Shown piece by piece: positions 9,041 through 18,671 of a DNA stretch of 64,000 nt (the first letter of the stretch is position 1; each line of letters opens with the position of its first letter). The notes under the pieces were generated by a model. That model was given only the letters and a program-made list of their open reading frames with translations, did not search any database and had not been told where the DNA came from. A program made the position numbers and the translations under genes. The stretch lies in contig JAOAEL010000003.1 in NCBI GenBank assembly GCA_026416845.1, positions 78,047-142,046 of the forward strand, given 5' to 3'. The DNA comes from Patescibacteria group bacterium (GTDB lineage: Bacteria; Patescibacteriota; Microgenomatia; UBA8517).

Positions 9041-11427
9041 TATTTATTTAAATTTAATTTGAGTAAAACATCTGATAAAAGCAATGTATTATACTTATAA
9101 ATTCCATTTTCAGTCAACACAAAATCGTCAGTAAAAACTGAAAGACCCAAAGGCGGGAATAAATCAATTTCATAATTTATTAAACTTCCGATCTGATTCT
9201 TCAAAATAAGCTGGTATTCACTTGCTAAAGGATATTCTTTAGAATTCCATTTAGAATCCCAAGTAAATATTACCTCTTCAATTCCTCTTTCAATTTGATG
9301 TTGAAACAAAACAATGCTCTTACCAAAATTATTTACTTCAACAACAGGCAAAACTTCTTTAACGATATTGTCATTATCTTTAACTAAATAAACAACTCCA
9401 ACTCCAGCATTATTGGGAATCAAAACTCTCAAAACTTTAGGAAATTCGTTATAAACAGGATAAATAAGCTTGTGTTTTATTGTTCCTTCTTCAAAAGATA
9501 TCTTAACTTTTACATTTCTAAAAGGCTGATCAGACAAGCTTGCATCAGATTCAAAAATACCAACTAAATCTTTATAGCAAATAGAGCATTGATATTCATC
9601 AATTATAGAAAATGTTTTCTTGTTTTTTGCTCTTAAATATAAATCTTCTCCCCAATACAAAATCTGCTTATTTTTCAATCCTTGAATAAAAAATTTTTCA
9701 ATTCTGTCAGTATTAATTAACGAAACAATCTGCGAATAAATTTCATCTTTATCTGTTTTATCTGTATTAAAACCTATAGAATTCAAAAAATTGATATCAA
9801 TATAAAATATGTGATCTATTAGATCAAAATTTATTTTCTGTTTTTCAGCTATAAGTTTTCTCAAAAATTCAAAAGAATGACTGTAATCTAAATCCCACAT
9901 TGCATTTTTTAAATACCAAGAATTACTTTGACTAAACTGCAATAAAGAATAAGGCTGATCAACTTTAAACTCTATTAAATTTTCACCTGTTAATTCAGTA
10001 TCTTTCAAAACAGTTATAGATTCAGTTGAATAGTATGGAAGATCAATAATTATTATTTTTTCAATTTCTGCTCCAAAACCTAATCTTTTTTTGTTGTTAG
10101 CAAAAACTAATACAACTTGAGAATTTTTATCTCCGCTCACAGATTTTAAAAATTCTGTTGACCAGCTTCTTAAAAATGAAAGCACAAAAAAATCTTTAAG
10201 TCTTGAATCAATAAACCAATTCAATATAAATTTTTCATAACGAGATAAATTTTGATAATCAGCCAAAATGAATTTAAGACTGCGTTCATACAAAATCAAA
10301 TCATTCAAATAATTTTCAAAAACAAAAGGATCAATCCCGAATTCTGCAAAAACTCTTCTTAGACCCAATTTCATTCTATTTTCTAAATCATTTAAAAAAA
10401 TGTATTTATAAAAAAAATAATAATAAACATCAATTTTTTTATAAAAATGATTAAAATATGGCAAATTTGAATATTTATTATTTAAAAAACCACCCAAAAT
10501 AACCATGTTTTTGCAATAGTTATTTACACTAATTATTCCCGTTTTTTCATTTAAAAAAATAGAAAAATAGCTTAAAAAGAAAAAAAAGTAAGGCAAAAGA
10601 AAAAAAACAAAAATTGAAAAAACAAACCAGCATGCAGATCTTTTAAAATTTTTGCTTAAATTAAAAAATTTATAAAAAACTAAATTTTTTGCACTATCAA
10701 ATTCTATTCTTCCTTTATCTTTTTGCTGAACTTTTTTAAACTTTAAAAAACAAAAAAAATTATTAAAAAATAAATTCTTCAAATCTTGATAGGAATAAAA
10801 ATGATCTGGAATAAAAACTACAGATTCACCTAAAAACGAATCTGTTCTAACTAAAAATTCTTTTGAATTAAGATCCAAAAAACCTTCAATCAAAATTTCA
10901 TTACCAATTTCAAAAATTTTACCTCTGCTAGAGTTCGAAAAAAAACTTTTTTCAATAAATGAAAGAAAAAATTTATAAGAAACAACCTTATTTATATTCA
11001 ATAAATTATCAACCAAAACTTCACAACCTTCTTTTACACTTTCTCGTAAAAAATCTTCAACCAATATTCCAATTATAATCAAACAAAATCTATTTTTAAT
11101 TGCAAAAGCAGCAACATTTTTAAACCAGCTAATATCTTCTAAAGAACAATATTCAGGAAAAATAATTATTGTTTTAATATTATTATTTATTAATTGCTTA
11201 AAATTAAATTTTTCTAAATTAAATCTTAAATCAATTAGAAAGTAGCGAACCCCTTCCAATTCGCAATTTAAATAATATCTAAAAACTAAAAGATCAAATT
11301 TTTCAAAATATTTTTTTGTCAAAGCAAACAATTTTTCGTCTTTTGTAACAACACACAACTTCGGGAAACAATAATCATTATGCATATTATTTTTATTCAT
11401 GCTATGAAAGATTAAATATTTAAGCAA
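9040..11427 (-). CDS. Hypothetical large membrane-associated protein (795 aa, very AT-rich, F/K/N-rich). Start overlaps the rplY stop.
   Basis: An uninterrupted 2.4 kb ORF in ~25% GC DNA is unlikely by chance. Internal hydrophobic segment ACWFVFSIFVFFLLPYFFFFLSYFSIFL. No recognisable catalytic motif. Confidence 0.4.
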   Translation of the reverse strand: MLKYLIFHSMNKNNMHNDYCFPKLCVVTKDEKLFALTKKYFEKFDLLVFRYYLNCELEGVRYFLIDLRFNLEKFNFKQLINNNIKTIIIFPEYCSLEDISWFKNVAAFAIKNRFCLIIIGILVEDFLRESVKEGCEVLVDNLLNINKVVSYKFFLSFIEKSFFSNSSRGKIFEIGNEILIEGFLDLNSKEFLVRTDSFLGESVVFIPDHFYSYQDLKNLFFNNFFCFLKFKKVQQKDKGRIEFDSAKNLVFYKFFNLSKNFKRSACWFVFSIFVFFLLPYFFFFLSYFSIFLNEKTGIISVNNYCKNMVILGGFLNNKYSNLPYFNHFYKKIDVYYYFFYKYIFLNDLENRMKLGLRRVFAEFGIDPFVFENYLNDLILYERSLKFILADYQNLSRYEKFILNWFIDSRLKDFFVLSFLRSWSTEFLKSVSGDKNSQVVLVFANNKKRLGFGAEIEKIIIIDLPYYSTESITVLKDTELTGENLIEFKVDQPYSLLQFSQSNSWYLKNAMWDLDYSHSFEFLRKLIAEKQKINFDLIDHIFYIDINFLNSIGFNTDKTDKDEIYSQIVSLINTDRIEKFFIQGLKNKQILYWGEDLYLRAKNKKTFSIIDEYQCSICYKDLVGIFESDASLSDQPFRNVKVKISFEEGTIKHKLIYPVYNEFPKVLRVLIPNNAGVGVVYLVKDNDNIVKEVLPVVEVNNFGKSIVLFQHQIERGIEEVIFTWDSKWNSKEYPLASEYQLILKNQIGSLINYEIDLFPPLGLSVFTDDFVLTENGIYKYNTLLLSDVLLKLNLNK

Positions 11428-11515
11428 GATGCATAAAAAAATTAAAATAAAACTAGATAATTTTCCTGTATCTTTAACTTATAGGAGAGATAAATCTTTA
11501 TTTACTAAAATGACC

Positions 11516-11941
11516 TTAATTTGCACTATCAAGTCTTTCGTTTACTAATTTATCAGCTACAAAATTTTCACTCCTTGGCACACATAAAATACTAATTTTT
11601 AAACCTAATTTTTTAATCATATTTAATGTTTTATCATACAAAATTTTTAATCTTTGATTTTTAACTTTATATTCACCTTTAACTTGTTTTACAACTAATT
11701 CTGAATCCATGTTTAAATTTATTCTTGAAAAATTAGACAAGTTCAACTTTTCAAGATAGCCCAAAGCCATCAGCAAACCTTGATATTCAGCTTCATTATT
11801 GGTAGCAACACCAAGATACTTTGATTCTTGATAAAACTGTAAATTGTTCACATATACTACAAATGCGCATGCAGCCATACCTGGATTGCCACGTGAACCA
11901 CCATCTATAAAAACATCTATAACATTGTCGTCAAGATTCAT
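11516..11941 (-). CDS. rnhA: Ribonuclease HI
   Basis: From internal Met: MNLDDNVIDVFIDGGSRGNPGMAACAFVV...ATNNEAEYQGLLMALGYL...VPRSENFVADKLVN, matching RNase H type 1 catalytic motifs. The ORF-track upstream extension (to 12208) is low-complexity and overlaps jag. Confidence 0.8.
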   Translation of the reverse strand: MNLDDNVIDVFIDGGSRGNPGMAACAFVVYVNNLQFYQESKYLGVATNNEAEYQGLLMALGYLEKLNLSNFSRINLNMDSELVVKQVKGEYKVKNQRLKILYDKTLNMIKKLGLKISILCVPRSENFVADKLVNERLDSAN

Positions 11942-12032
11942 AAAAAAACACTCGAATGAAATTATTATAACAACAAAGTCTTTAAAATAAATTACAAAGT
12001 CAAATTGAAAAGTATAATTTAAAAAATGAAGA

Positions 12033-12512
12033 TTACTTTTTCTTAACAACAAGATAACGACTATTTTCCTCTCCTTCAGAAAAAGTTTCAACATCATCTC
12101 TTTGAGAAAGAAAAATATGAATAATCCTTCTTTGAGCTGGAGTGAGATTATACAAAGCTTGAGGCTGATTTGTCTCAATTGCACGCAAAGCAGCTTGAGA
12201 AGCAACATCCATTAAACGTTTTTTTTCTTTCTCTTTCCAATTAGCTATATCAACTATTATTCTTCTAAATTCAGAAGATTTATTTTTATAAATTAAATTA
12301 ATTATCGTCTGTATTGAATGCAAAGTTTTACCTTTTTTACCAATCAAAAGACCAACAACATCATCAAAGGGCTCTAAATTTAAAAAAAATAAATCGTCCT
12401 GAAAAACAACATTAACATTAACTTTAATCCCTAAATTTAAAAACAATTGATGAGAAATTTCTGTAATTATTTTTTTTTCTTTTTCTATTTTTTCTTGTTT
12501 TTCGTCTAACAT
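12033..12512 (-). CDS. khpB: RNA-binding protein Jag/KhpB (KH plus R3H domains)
   Basis: KH signature LLIGKKGKTLHSIQ and R3H signature LTPAQRRIIHIFL. Canonical position downstream of yidC. Confidence 0.8.
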   Translation of the reverse strand: MLDEKQEKIEKEKKIITEISHQLFLNLGIKVNVNVVFQDDLFFLNLEPFDDVVGLLIGKKGKTLHSIQTIINLIYKNKSSEFRRIIVDIANWKEKEKKRLMDVASQAALRAIETNQPQALYNLTPAQRRIIHIFLSQRDDVETFSEGEENSRYLVVKKK

Positions 12513-12573
12513 TTTAGATTATTTTATATTTTTTAAAACATATTTGCAAAGGTTTTTCATTGCAAAATATGTG

Positions 12574-13395
12574 TTATATCCTAAAGTTTAAAAGCTTTCT
12601 GACTTTATTTACAAAAGGCAAAAGTCCACCCCAACCACTTATAAAATATTGATTAACTATTTGATAAATCGAAAAAGTAATCCAGTAAAGAGCAAGCCCA
12701 GCGGGAAGTGTTAAACCCGCTAATAAAGTCATTATTGGAAATATATAGACAAAAGACTTTTGTATTGCAAACTGCATATCATCCGTTTCATTTTTGGTAC
12801 TTTTTGCAACACTTTCAAAACTTTCTGTTAAAGGCATCATCATTTTCGAAGAAACAAACTGAACAATTGCAGCAAGAATAAGAAGAATCCCAGGCAATTC
12901 AAATGGTATGCCTTCAATTTTATAATAATCTGGTTTAGACAAATCTATGTGTAAAAACTTAGTGGAAACAACATCAGATTCAGAAAAAACAAGCGGTGGA
13001 TACATAAGAGCATTCAAATTATCTTTAATATTATTGTTCGAAGAAAAAACATGTATAAAAAAATTAAAAAAAGCAATTAAAATGACTATTTGTAAAAAAT
13101 ATGGCAAGCAACCAGCAGAAGGATTAACACCTTTTTTTCTGTAAAGTTCAGTTTGAGCTTGAATAAATTTTATATTATTTCCTTTATGCTTTTTTTTAAG
13201 CTTAGCTACTTCTGGAGCTAAATCTTGCATCTTTTTTAATGATTCAATATATGGTTTAGTTAATGGACGGGTAACTAAAAGCAAGATAGTAGTAAATAAT
13301 ATAATTGCTAAACCAAGATTGGATCCAGTCAATTTGTAAATAGCAACAAGCCCATTGGCAATTGGTTGAGTAAATATTAAAGTAAATATATCCAT
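12574..13395 (-). CDS. yidC: Membrane protein insertase YidC (short, Gram-positive-like form)
   Basis: Multi-TM, with the YidC/Oxa1 core motif NPSAGCLPYFLQIVILIAFF. Synteny with yidD-rnpA-rpmH. Confidence 0.85.
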   Translation of the reverse strand: MDIFTLIFTQPIANGLVAIYKLTGSNLGLAIILFTTILLLVTRPLTKPYIESLKKMQDLAPEVAKLKKKHKGNNIKFIQAQTELYRKKGVNPSAGCLPYFLQIVILIAFFNFFIHVFSSNNNIKDNLNALMYPPLVFSESDVVSTKFLHIDLSKPDYYKIEGIPFELPGILLILAAIVQFVSSKMMMPLTESFESVAKSTKNETDDMQFAIQKSFVYIFPIMTLLAGLTLPAGLALYWITFSIYQIVNQYFISGWGGLLPFVNKVRKLLNFRI

Positions 13396-13476
13396 TATAA
13401 ATTTAAAATAAAAAATTAGATAAGTAAAAACAACACTTTATATTAAAAATTAAAAATTAAAAAAACTTAAACCTAA

Positions 13477-13710
13477 TTAGGGAACAGGGTCAAATCCAAA
13501 ACGATTTGTTAAAATACTGCATCTTAAGATTCTCATTATAGACAAAAATAACCCGTATAAAAAACCATGCTTTAGCATGGCTAAATAAGCATACTCGCTA
13601 CAAGTAGGTGAAAATTTACATGAACCGCCAAAAACCAACCTAAACATAGGGGATACAAACATTTTATAAAAACGAAACAAGAAAAATAAAATGTATTTCA
13701 TAAAAATCAA
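13477..13710 (-). CDS. yidD: Membrane protein insertion efficiency factor YidD
   Basis: SCKFSPTCSEYA...RILRCS...GFDPVP matches the YidD signature. Start may be the second Met (13701). Confidence 0.8.
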   Translation of the reverse strand: MIFMKYILFFLFRFYKMFVSPMFRLVFGGSCKFSPTCSEYAYLAMLKHGFLYGLFLSIMRILRCSILTNRFGFDPVP

Positions 13711-14168
13711 ATATTACTTGAATTTTTATATTTTGTTTTTTTTAAAGCAAGGACCAAAGGTGAATACAATCTTTTACGATAATTTGGTTTAGTTTCAAAT
13801 GAAGGATTAATTGGTAATTTAATTTTATGAAACAAAATTTGCACCTTTTTAAGAATCATCTCACACTCCGCAACTATTTCTTCATATTTTTTTTTATTAA
13901 TTGAATTTAAAACAAAAAAAACAATATCTGCACCAAATTGACAATGCAAAAGACTTCTCCTAGACCCTTCCATTATTGCTCTTCTAACGTAATTTCTATA
14001 AACTGAGATTTTACATACCTTAGTAGAAACAACAACCGCAAACCTTTGATAATTCAAACCGTTAGGCAAAAATGAAACCTTCAAAAATGGAGAATAAACT
14101 TTTTTACCAAAATTTTTTACAATTTCAACCCTAGAAGAATTTGAAATTCTATATTTCTTAGAAATCAT
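13707..14168 (-). CDS. rnpA: Ribonuclease P protein component
   Basis: Basic ~150-aa protein between rpmH and yidD with an RnpA-like core (RISNSSRVEIVKNFGKKVYSPFLKVSF..RFAVVVSTKV..RNYVRRAIME). The ORF-track start at 14189 is TTG; the first ATG is at 14168. Confidence 0.8.
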   Translation of the reverse strand: MISKKYRISNSSRVEIVKNFGKKVYSPFLKVSFLPNGLNYQRFAVVVSTKVCKISVYRNYVRRAIMEGSRRSLLHCQFGADIVFFVLNSINKKKYEEIVAECEMILKKVQILFHKIKLPINPSFETKPNYRKRLYSPLVLALKKTKYKNSSNI

Positions 14169-14189
14169 TAACCAATATTTTAAAAACAA

Positions 14190-14327
14190 CTAAAAAGAAA
14201 TACGATAACGACCTTTGATTAGTCTTCTTTTCATGACAAGCTTGCCTTTTTTACTAGAATTTCTTGAACGGAAACCATGTTTTCTTATCTTTTTAATTAG
14301 ACTTGGATTGAGAGTGCGCTTAGACAT
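14190..14327 (-). CDS. rpmH: 50S ribosomal protein L34
   Basis: Hand translation of the minus strand: MSKRTLNPSLIKKIRKHGFRSRNSSKKGKLVMKRRLIKGRYRISF (45 aa), a typical L34. Not in the ORF track because it is <60 aa. Confidence 0.85.
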   Translation of the reverse strand: MSKRTLNPSLIKKIRKHGFRSRNSSKKGKLVMKRRLIKGRYRISF

Positions 14328-14587
14328 AATTTTTAATTATCATCGTTAAGTATAGCAGATAATTATAAAATAAAAATACAAAAAATTTTAATAATAAATT
14401 AAAATTTTAAAAATTCAAAATCAATAAATTCCAAAAACAAAAAAATAAATTATTTTTTTATTCAATCAATTTACAAATTTACAACAATTGACAAATTTAC
14501 AAGCTGTGGATATGCTATTTAAAGAATACAAATTAAATAATTTACTCTGCCTCCAAATGTGCCTCGCCTTAGTCAAAAATTTTTATT
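14328..14587. promoter_or_regulatory. rpmH-dnaA spacer: candidate oriC/DUE segment with a DnaA-box-like site and the dnaA promoter region
   Basis: Extremely AT-rich 260-bp spacer. TGTGGATAT at 14506-14514 is one mismatch from the DnaA box TGTGGATAA. Direct repeats acaaatttaca x2 at ~14472 and ~14493. Classic rpmH / dnaA origin context. Confidence 0.5.
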
Positions 14588-15976
14588 ATGAATACAATTA
14601 ATGATATTGATAAAGACATTTTGTGGAAAGAAACATTAGAAAGAATAAAATTAAGTGTAACCCTACCTAATTACAACGCTTGGTTCTTGCCAACGCACAT
14701 TGTTTCTATATCACAAACTACCTCTGGATACTTAATAAACATAGGGTGCTCATCAAGTTTTGTTAAAAATACTTTAGAAACAAGATACTTGGGTTTTTTA
14801 CAAGAAATACTAAAAAATTCATTACAAAAACACTGTGAATTAGAATTCTCAGTAAACACAAATCCAAATAAAATAACAGAATCACAATCAGACTCTCCAC
14901 TTTTTGAAAGTTTAATAAACAAAACAGAAAACATTGATAATAAAGTAATTTCTTGCGGTTTGAGAAAAGGTTACACATTTACAAACTTCGCAGTTTCCTC
15001 TTCAAACCAAATGGCTTGGGCAGCGGCGGAAGCAGTTGCAAACAATCCAGGAAATGCATACAATCCGCTTTTTATATGGGGTGGTGTAGGTGTTGGAAAA
15101 ACACACCTAATGAACGCAATAGGATACACAATTTTGGAATCCCAAATTGATGCAAACATATTCCTTTGCACAGGAGAACAATTTACAAATGATATTGTAG
15201 AAGGAATAAGAAATAAAACTACACAATCCGTACGTAATAAATACAGGAAATTGAAAGCTTTGTTCGTTGACGATATACAATTCATTGCAGGCAAAGACGC
15301 TGTTCAAGAAGAATTTTTCCATACATTCAATGCTTTAATTAACTCAGGTGGTCAAGTTGTACTAACATCTGACCGACCACCATCTGAAATCGCAAAATTG
15401 GAAGAAAGATTAAAAAGCCGGTTTGAAGCTGGATTAATTGTAGATATAGCTCAACCAGACTTCGAACTTAGATGTGCAATATTACAAATCAAATCAAAAG
15501 AAAAAGGAGTTGATCTAGATATGGAAACAATACAAATAATTGCAGCAAACATTAACTCCGCAAGACAAATAGAAGGATTTTTAACAAGGTTAATTACAGA
15601 AATAAAAGTGAAAGACATAGAAATAAGCCCTTCTTACGTACTTGAAATGTTAGGCAAACCCGAAAAAGAAGAAGTTAAAAGTAAAAATTCAAAATTAACA
15701 CCGGAAGAAATCATATCAAAAGTAGCTAAATACTTCACAATAAGCAAAAAATGTCTTTTAGGCAATTCAAGACAAAAAAATTTCGTTGTCCCACGTCAAA
15801 TATTGATGTATATACTTCGTGTGGAATTTGGCTTGTCTTTACAAGAAATAGGGAAAGTAATTGGAGGAAGGGATCATACCACTGTAATCCATGCTGTGAA
15901 TAAAATTAAAAAATTAATCTCGAGCGATGTGAATATCCGTGGGGATATTGAGGGGATAAAAAAAACATTCTTGTGA
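14588..15976 (+). CDS. dnaA: Chromosomal replication initiator protein DnaA
   Basis: AAA+ Walker A GGVGVGKTHLMNAIG, LFVDDIQFIAGK and the sensor region. C-terminal DNA-binding domain RQILMYILRVEFGLSLQEIGKVIGGRDHTTVIHAVNKI. Confidence 0.95.
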   Translation: MNTINDIDKDILWKETLERIKLSVTLPNYNAWFLPTHIVSISQTTSGYLINIGCSSSFVKNTLETRYLGFLQEILKNSLQKHCELEFSVNTNPNKITESQSDSPLFESLINKTENIDNKVISCGLRKGYTFTNFAVSSSNQMAWAAAEAVANNPGNAYNPLFIWGGVGVGKTHLMNAIGYTILESQIDANIFLCTGEQFTNDIVEGIRNKTTQSVRNKYRKLKALFVDDIQFIAGKDAVQEEFFHTFNALINSGGQVVLTSDRPPSEIAKLEERLKSRFEAGLIVDIAQPDFELRCAILQIKSKEKGVDLDMETIQIIAANINSARQIEGFLTRLITEIKVKDIEISPSYVLEMLGKPEKEEVKSKNSKLTPEEIISKVAKYFTISKKCLLGNSRQKNFVVPRQILMYILRVEFGLSLQEIGKVIGGRDHTTVIHAVNKIKKLISSDVNIRGDIEGIKKTFL

Positions 15977-16194
15977 ATTAACTGAAAATTGTCTACTTAT
16001 CAACAAATCTTGATATTTTATCCACAATTTTACTAACAATTAAATTAAATTTAATATAAACATAAAGTATAGAATTCAAACAAATCTGTTAATCCACTTT
16101 TCCACATATTACTATTACTACTACTTCTTTTAAATATACTAATTAAGTAAAAAATTCAATTGAAAATAAGAGACAAAAAATTTATACTGGTTTT
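15977..16194. promoter_or_regulatory. dnaA-dnaN spacer with consensus DnaA boxes (second oriC candidate segment)
   Basis: Perfect TTATCCACA at 16017-16025. Related ttaatccac at 16089-16097 and tttccacat at 16099-16107. AT-rich. Confidence 0.55.
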
Positions 16195-17322
16195 ATGAAA
16201 GTTGAAGTTAATCAAGAAGATCTGGTTCAAAAATTAGCAATATGTTCTAGATTTACAACTTCAAAAGTACAATTGCCCATATTAGCAAATGTCCTGATTA
16301 CAGCAACTTCTAACAAAATTACATTAAAAGCTACAAATCTAGAGAGCTCCATCAGTTTTAGTATGGGTTCAAAAGTGATTGAAGAGGGAAGTATAACAAT
16401 ACCATCAAAAACTTTTTACGAAATTGTCTCTAATTTATCCAAAGGAGTTTTAACTTTAGTTGCTGAAAAAGAACAGTTACATATTTTTCAGGAAGGATAT
16501 AATGCTTTGCTTGTAGGAATAAACAGTTTGGACTTTCCGGATGTGATTTCAACACCTCCAAAAGAAGGTATGTCATTCCAAGGGAAAGAAGCAATAGAAA
16601 TTTTTCAAAATGTTCTTTTTAGTGTGTCTTCTGACGAAGCAAGACCTGTTTTGAATGGTGTTTTGTTTATTTTTGATGATCAAGAAAACATTGTTTTTGT
16701 ATCAACTGATGGCTTTAGACTCACCAAATTTGTCAAAAATATCAAAAAAGAAAATAAAAATGTAAATAAATTATCTGGTAGAATAATTATACCCAAAAGC
16801 ACTCTTGTTGAAGTATCAAAGATTTTTCAAGAAAATACTTTTACACTTAGCTTGATTGAAAAGGATAAGCAAGTTGTTTTTTCAGACGGTCTTTCTTGTG
16901 TTTTATCTTCAAGGATAATAGAAGGAGAATTCCCAAATTTTGAAAAAATATTGCCTAAAGAATCAAAATTGACTTTAAACGTCTCTAGAGATGATTTTTA
17001 TCAAGCGATTAGATTAGCTTCTGTTTTTGCCAAAGATTCTTCTAATGTAGTTACCTTTGATATAAAAAAAGATGATATGTTTGTAAAATCAGAAAATTCA
17101 ACAACTGGCAAACAATCAAAAAGAATTTTCTTTAAAAGGGTAGAGGGAACTGAAGAAGAAATGAAAATTTCCTTTAATTTTCATTTCTTAGATGACTTGT
17201 TAAAAGTAATTAAAGGTGAAAGCTTGGAAATAAGAATTTCATCCCCATTTTCTCCAGTTTTGTTTTTAGATCCTATTTGCAAAGAATTTATACATGTCAT
17301 AATGCCAATTAAAACTCTTTGA
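16195..17322 (+). CDS. dnaN: DNA polymerase III beta sliding clamp
   Basis: 375 aa, directly downstream of dnaA. Three-domain clamp length. Motifs such as RPVLNGVLF and STDGFRL. Confidence 0.9.
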   Translation: MKVEVNQEDLVQKLAICSRFTTSKVQLPILANVLITATSNKITLKATNLESSISFSMGSKVIEEGSITIPSKTFYEIVSNLSKGVLTLVAEKEQLHIFQEGYNALLVGINSLDFPDVISTPPKEGMSFQGKEAIEIFQNVLFSVSSDEARPVLNGVLFIFDDQENIVFVSTDGFRLTKFVKNIKKENKNVNKLSGRIIIPKSTLVEVSKIFQENTFTLSLIEKDKQVVFSDGLSCVLSSRIIEGEFPNFEKILPKESKLTLNVSRDDFYQAIRLASVFAKDSSNVVTFDIKKDDMFVKSENSTTGKQSKRIFFKRVEGTEEEMKISFNFHFLDDLLKVIKGESLEIRISSPFSPVLFLDPICKEFIHVIMPIKTL

Positions 17323-17338
17323 TTTTTCTTATCTCTTA

Positions 17339-18640
17339 TTATTGGATTTTTACCTTTTTTGTTTTGCCTTCGAAATCGATTATATAAATATTATTTTCAA
17401 CTATTCCTTGAATATATGTGACTCCGCTATTTTCCGTACCAGAAATTTTTATTCTTGGCGAAGTTTGTCCTGATCTAGTATCTAAGTAAAAGTATTCCGT
17501 TCCTGTTGTTGTATTTTCCATAAATATAATTATATTATTATCTTTCCATATGCCAATTAAACCTGTTTTTGGGAATTTAATTTGTTGAGATTTATTTGTT
17601 TCAATATCATAAATTGTAATGCCATTTGATGAAATTGAACAAACCTTTTTTCTATCTGGAGAGACTGAAAAACTATTTTGTTTAGATTCAAATAAAATTT
17701 GATTTTTATCAAGATCTATTACTTGGACTTCTCCACTATCTAGGGCTTCTCCTATTTCAACTAAAGCAACTATTGAATCTTTTAAAGCAAATACTTGGTT
17801 TGCTTCAGTCATCAAAATCTGAGAAGGTTTAAAATCATCCAAATTTGATTTGTATAATATCGACATTTTTGTTTGAGGCGTATAACTGCCAATTACATAC
17901 AAATTTTCATTATCTTCTGATATAGAGATAGATGAAATAGGAGTCAGCAGTTCGCTTCCTTTTAGTTTTTTTACTGCTCCAGTATTTATATTTATTAAAA
18001 CAATTTGATCATTTTGTTCAATTTTTCTTTCTAAAACTGCAATATAATTTTTGCCCTTTTGGTATGAAAAAACACTTTTAGGGTACAGAACTGTGACAAA
18101 TTTTTCGTCTGTAACTTTTACTAAACTTTGTTCTCTTGGATCGATGGCAAGAAAAGAACTTTCTGATATTGGTGTTATTTTTATATATTGACTTTCGTTT
18201 ATTGATACTGGCACTGATGAAACTTCTTTTGCAACTTCTTGTATTTTTTCAAGAGATATTTCTATTTCAGTGTCTTTATATAGATCGATAATTTCTTTTT
18301 TGTCTATGTAGTTTTGTTCTGAAATTAATATTTCGTATTTTCCTTTTGGAAGGTACAATTTAACTTTTCCTGATCCTTTTTCTTCGTTATTTAAGTATAT
18401 TTTTGCTGTAGAAGGGTCTGTTTTTACACTTAGGTAGAATTGTTTAATTTCACTTTTTTTTAAATTATTTGTTTTTTCTTGATTTAGATAAATTCCATAA
18501 ACTGCTAGGAGAAAAATTGTTACAAAAAAAACAATAAACAATATTTTATGTTTAAAAATAAAATTTGTAGCTTTTGATAAAAAATCCTGATTTTGGTACA
18601 TTGCTTTTTTATTATATATACAATTATTATATATATACAA
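17339..18640 (-). CDS. Hypothetical membrane-anchored protein with a PEGA-like domain and a beta-propeller-like (TolB/WD40-like) C-terminal region
   Basis: N-terminal TM (ILFIVFFVTIFLLAVYGIYL). PEGA-like KIYLNNEEKGSGKVKLYLPKGKYEILISEQNYIDKKEIIDL. Repeated beta-strand-rich segments. Last gene of the minus-strand VirB4 operon. Confidence 0.45.
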   Translation of the reverse strand: MYIYNNCIYNKKAMYQNQDFLSKATNFIFKHKILFIVFFVTIFLLAVYGIYLNQEKTNNLKKSEIKQFYLSVKTDPSTAKIYLNNEEKGSGKVKLYLPKGKYEILISEQNYIDKKEIIDLYKDTEIEISLEKIQEVAKEVSSVPVSINESQYIKITPISESSFLAIDPREQSLVKVTDEKFVTVLYPKSVFSYQKGKNYIAVLERKIEQNDQIVLININTGAVKKLKGSELLTPISSISISEDNENLYVIGSYTPQTKMSILYKSNLDDFKPSQILMTEANQVFALKDSIVALVEIGEALDSGEVQVIDLDKNQILFESKQNSFSVSPDRKKVCSISSNGITIYDIETNKSQQIKFPKTGLIGIWKDNNIIIFMENTTTGTEYFYLDTRSGQTSPRIKISGTENSGVTYIQGIVENNIYIIDFEGKTKKVKIQ

Positions 18641-18671
18641 TTTTAATTTTAAGTTATTATAACTTTAACTA

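Noticed and set aside
11942-12208. N-terminal 89-aa extension of the rnhA ORF as listed in the ORF track
   Set aside because: The extension is low-complexity (L/K/F-rich), lies in AT-rich DNA and overlaps the 3' end of jag/khpB. RNase HI homology begins at the internal Met (11941).
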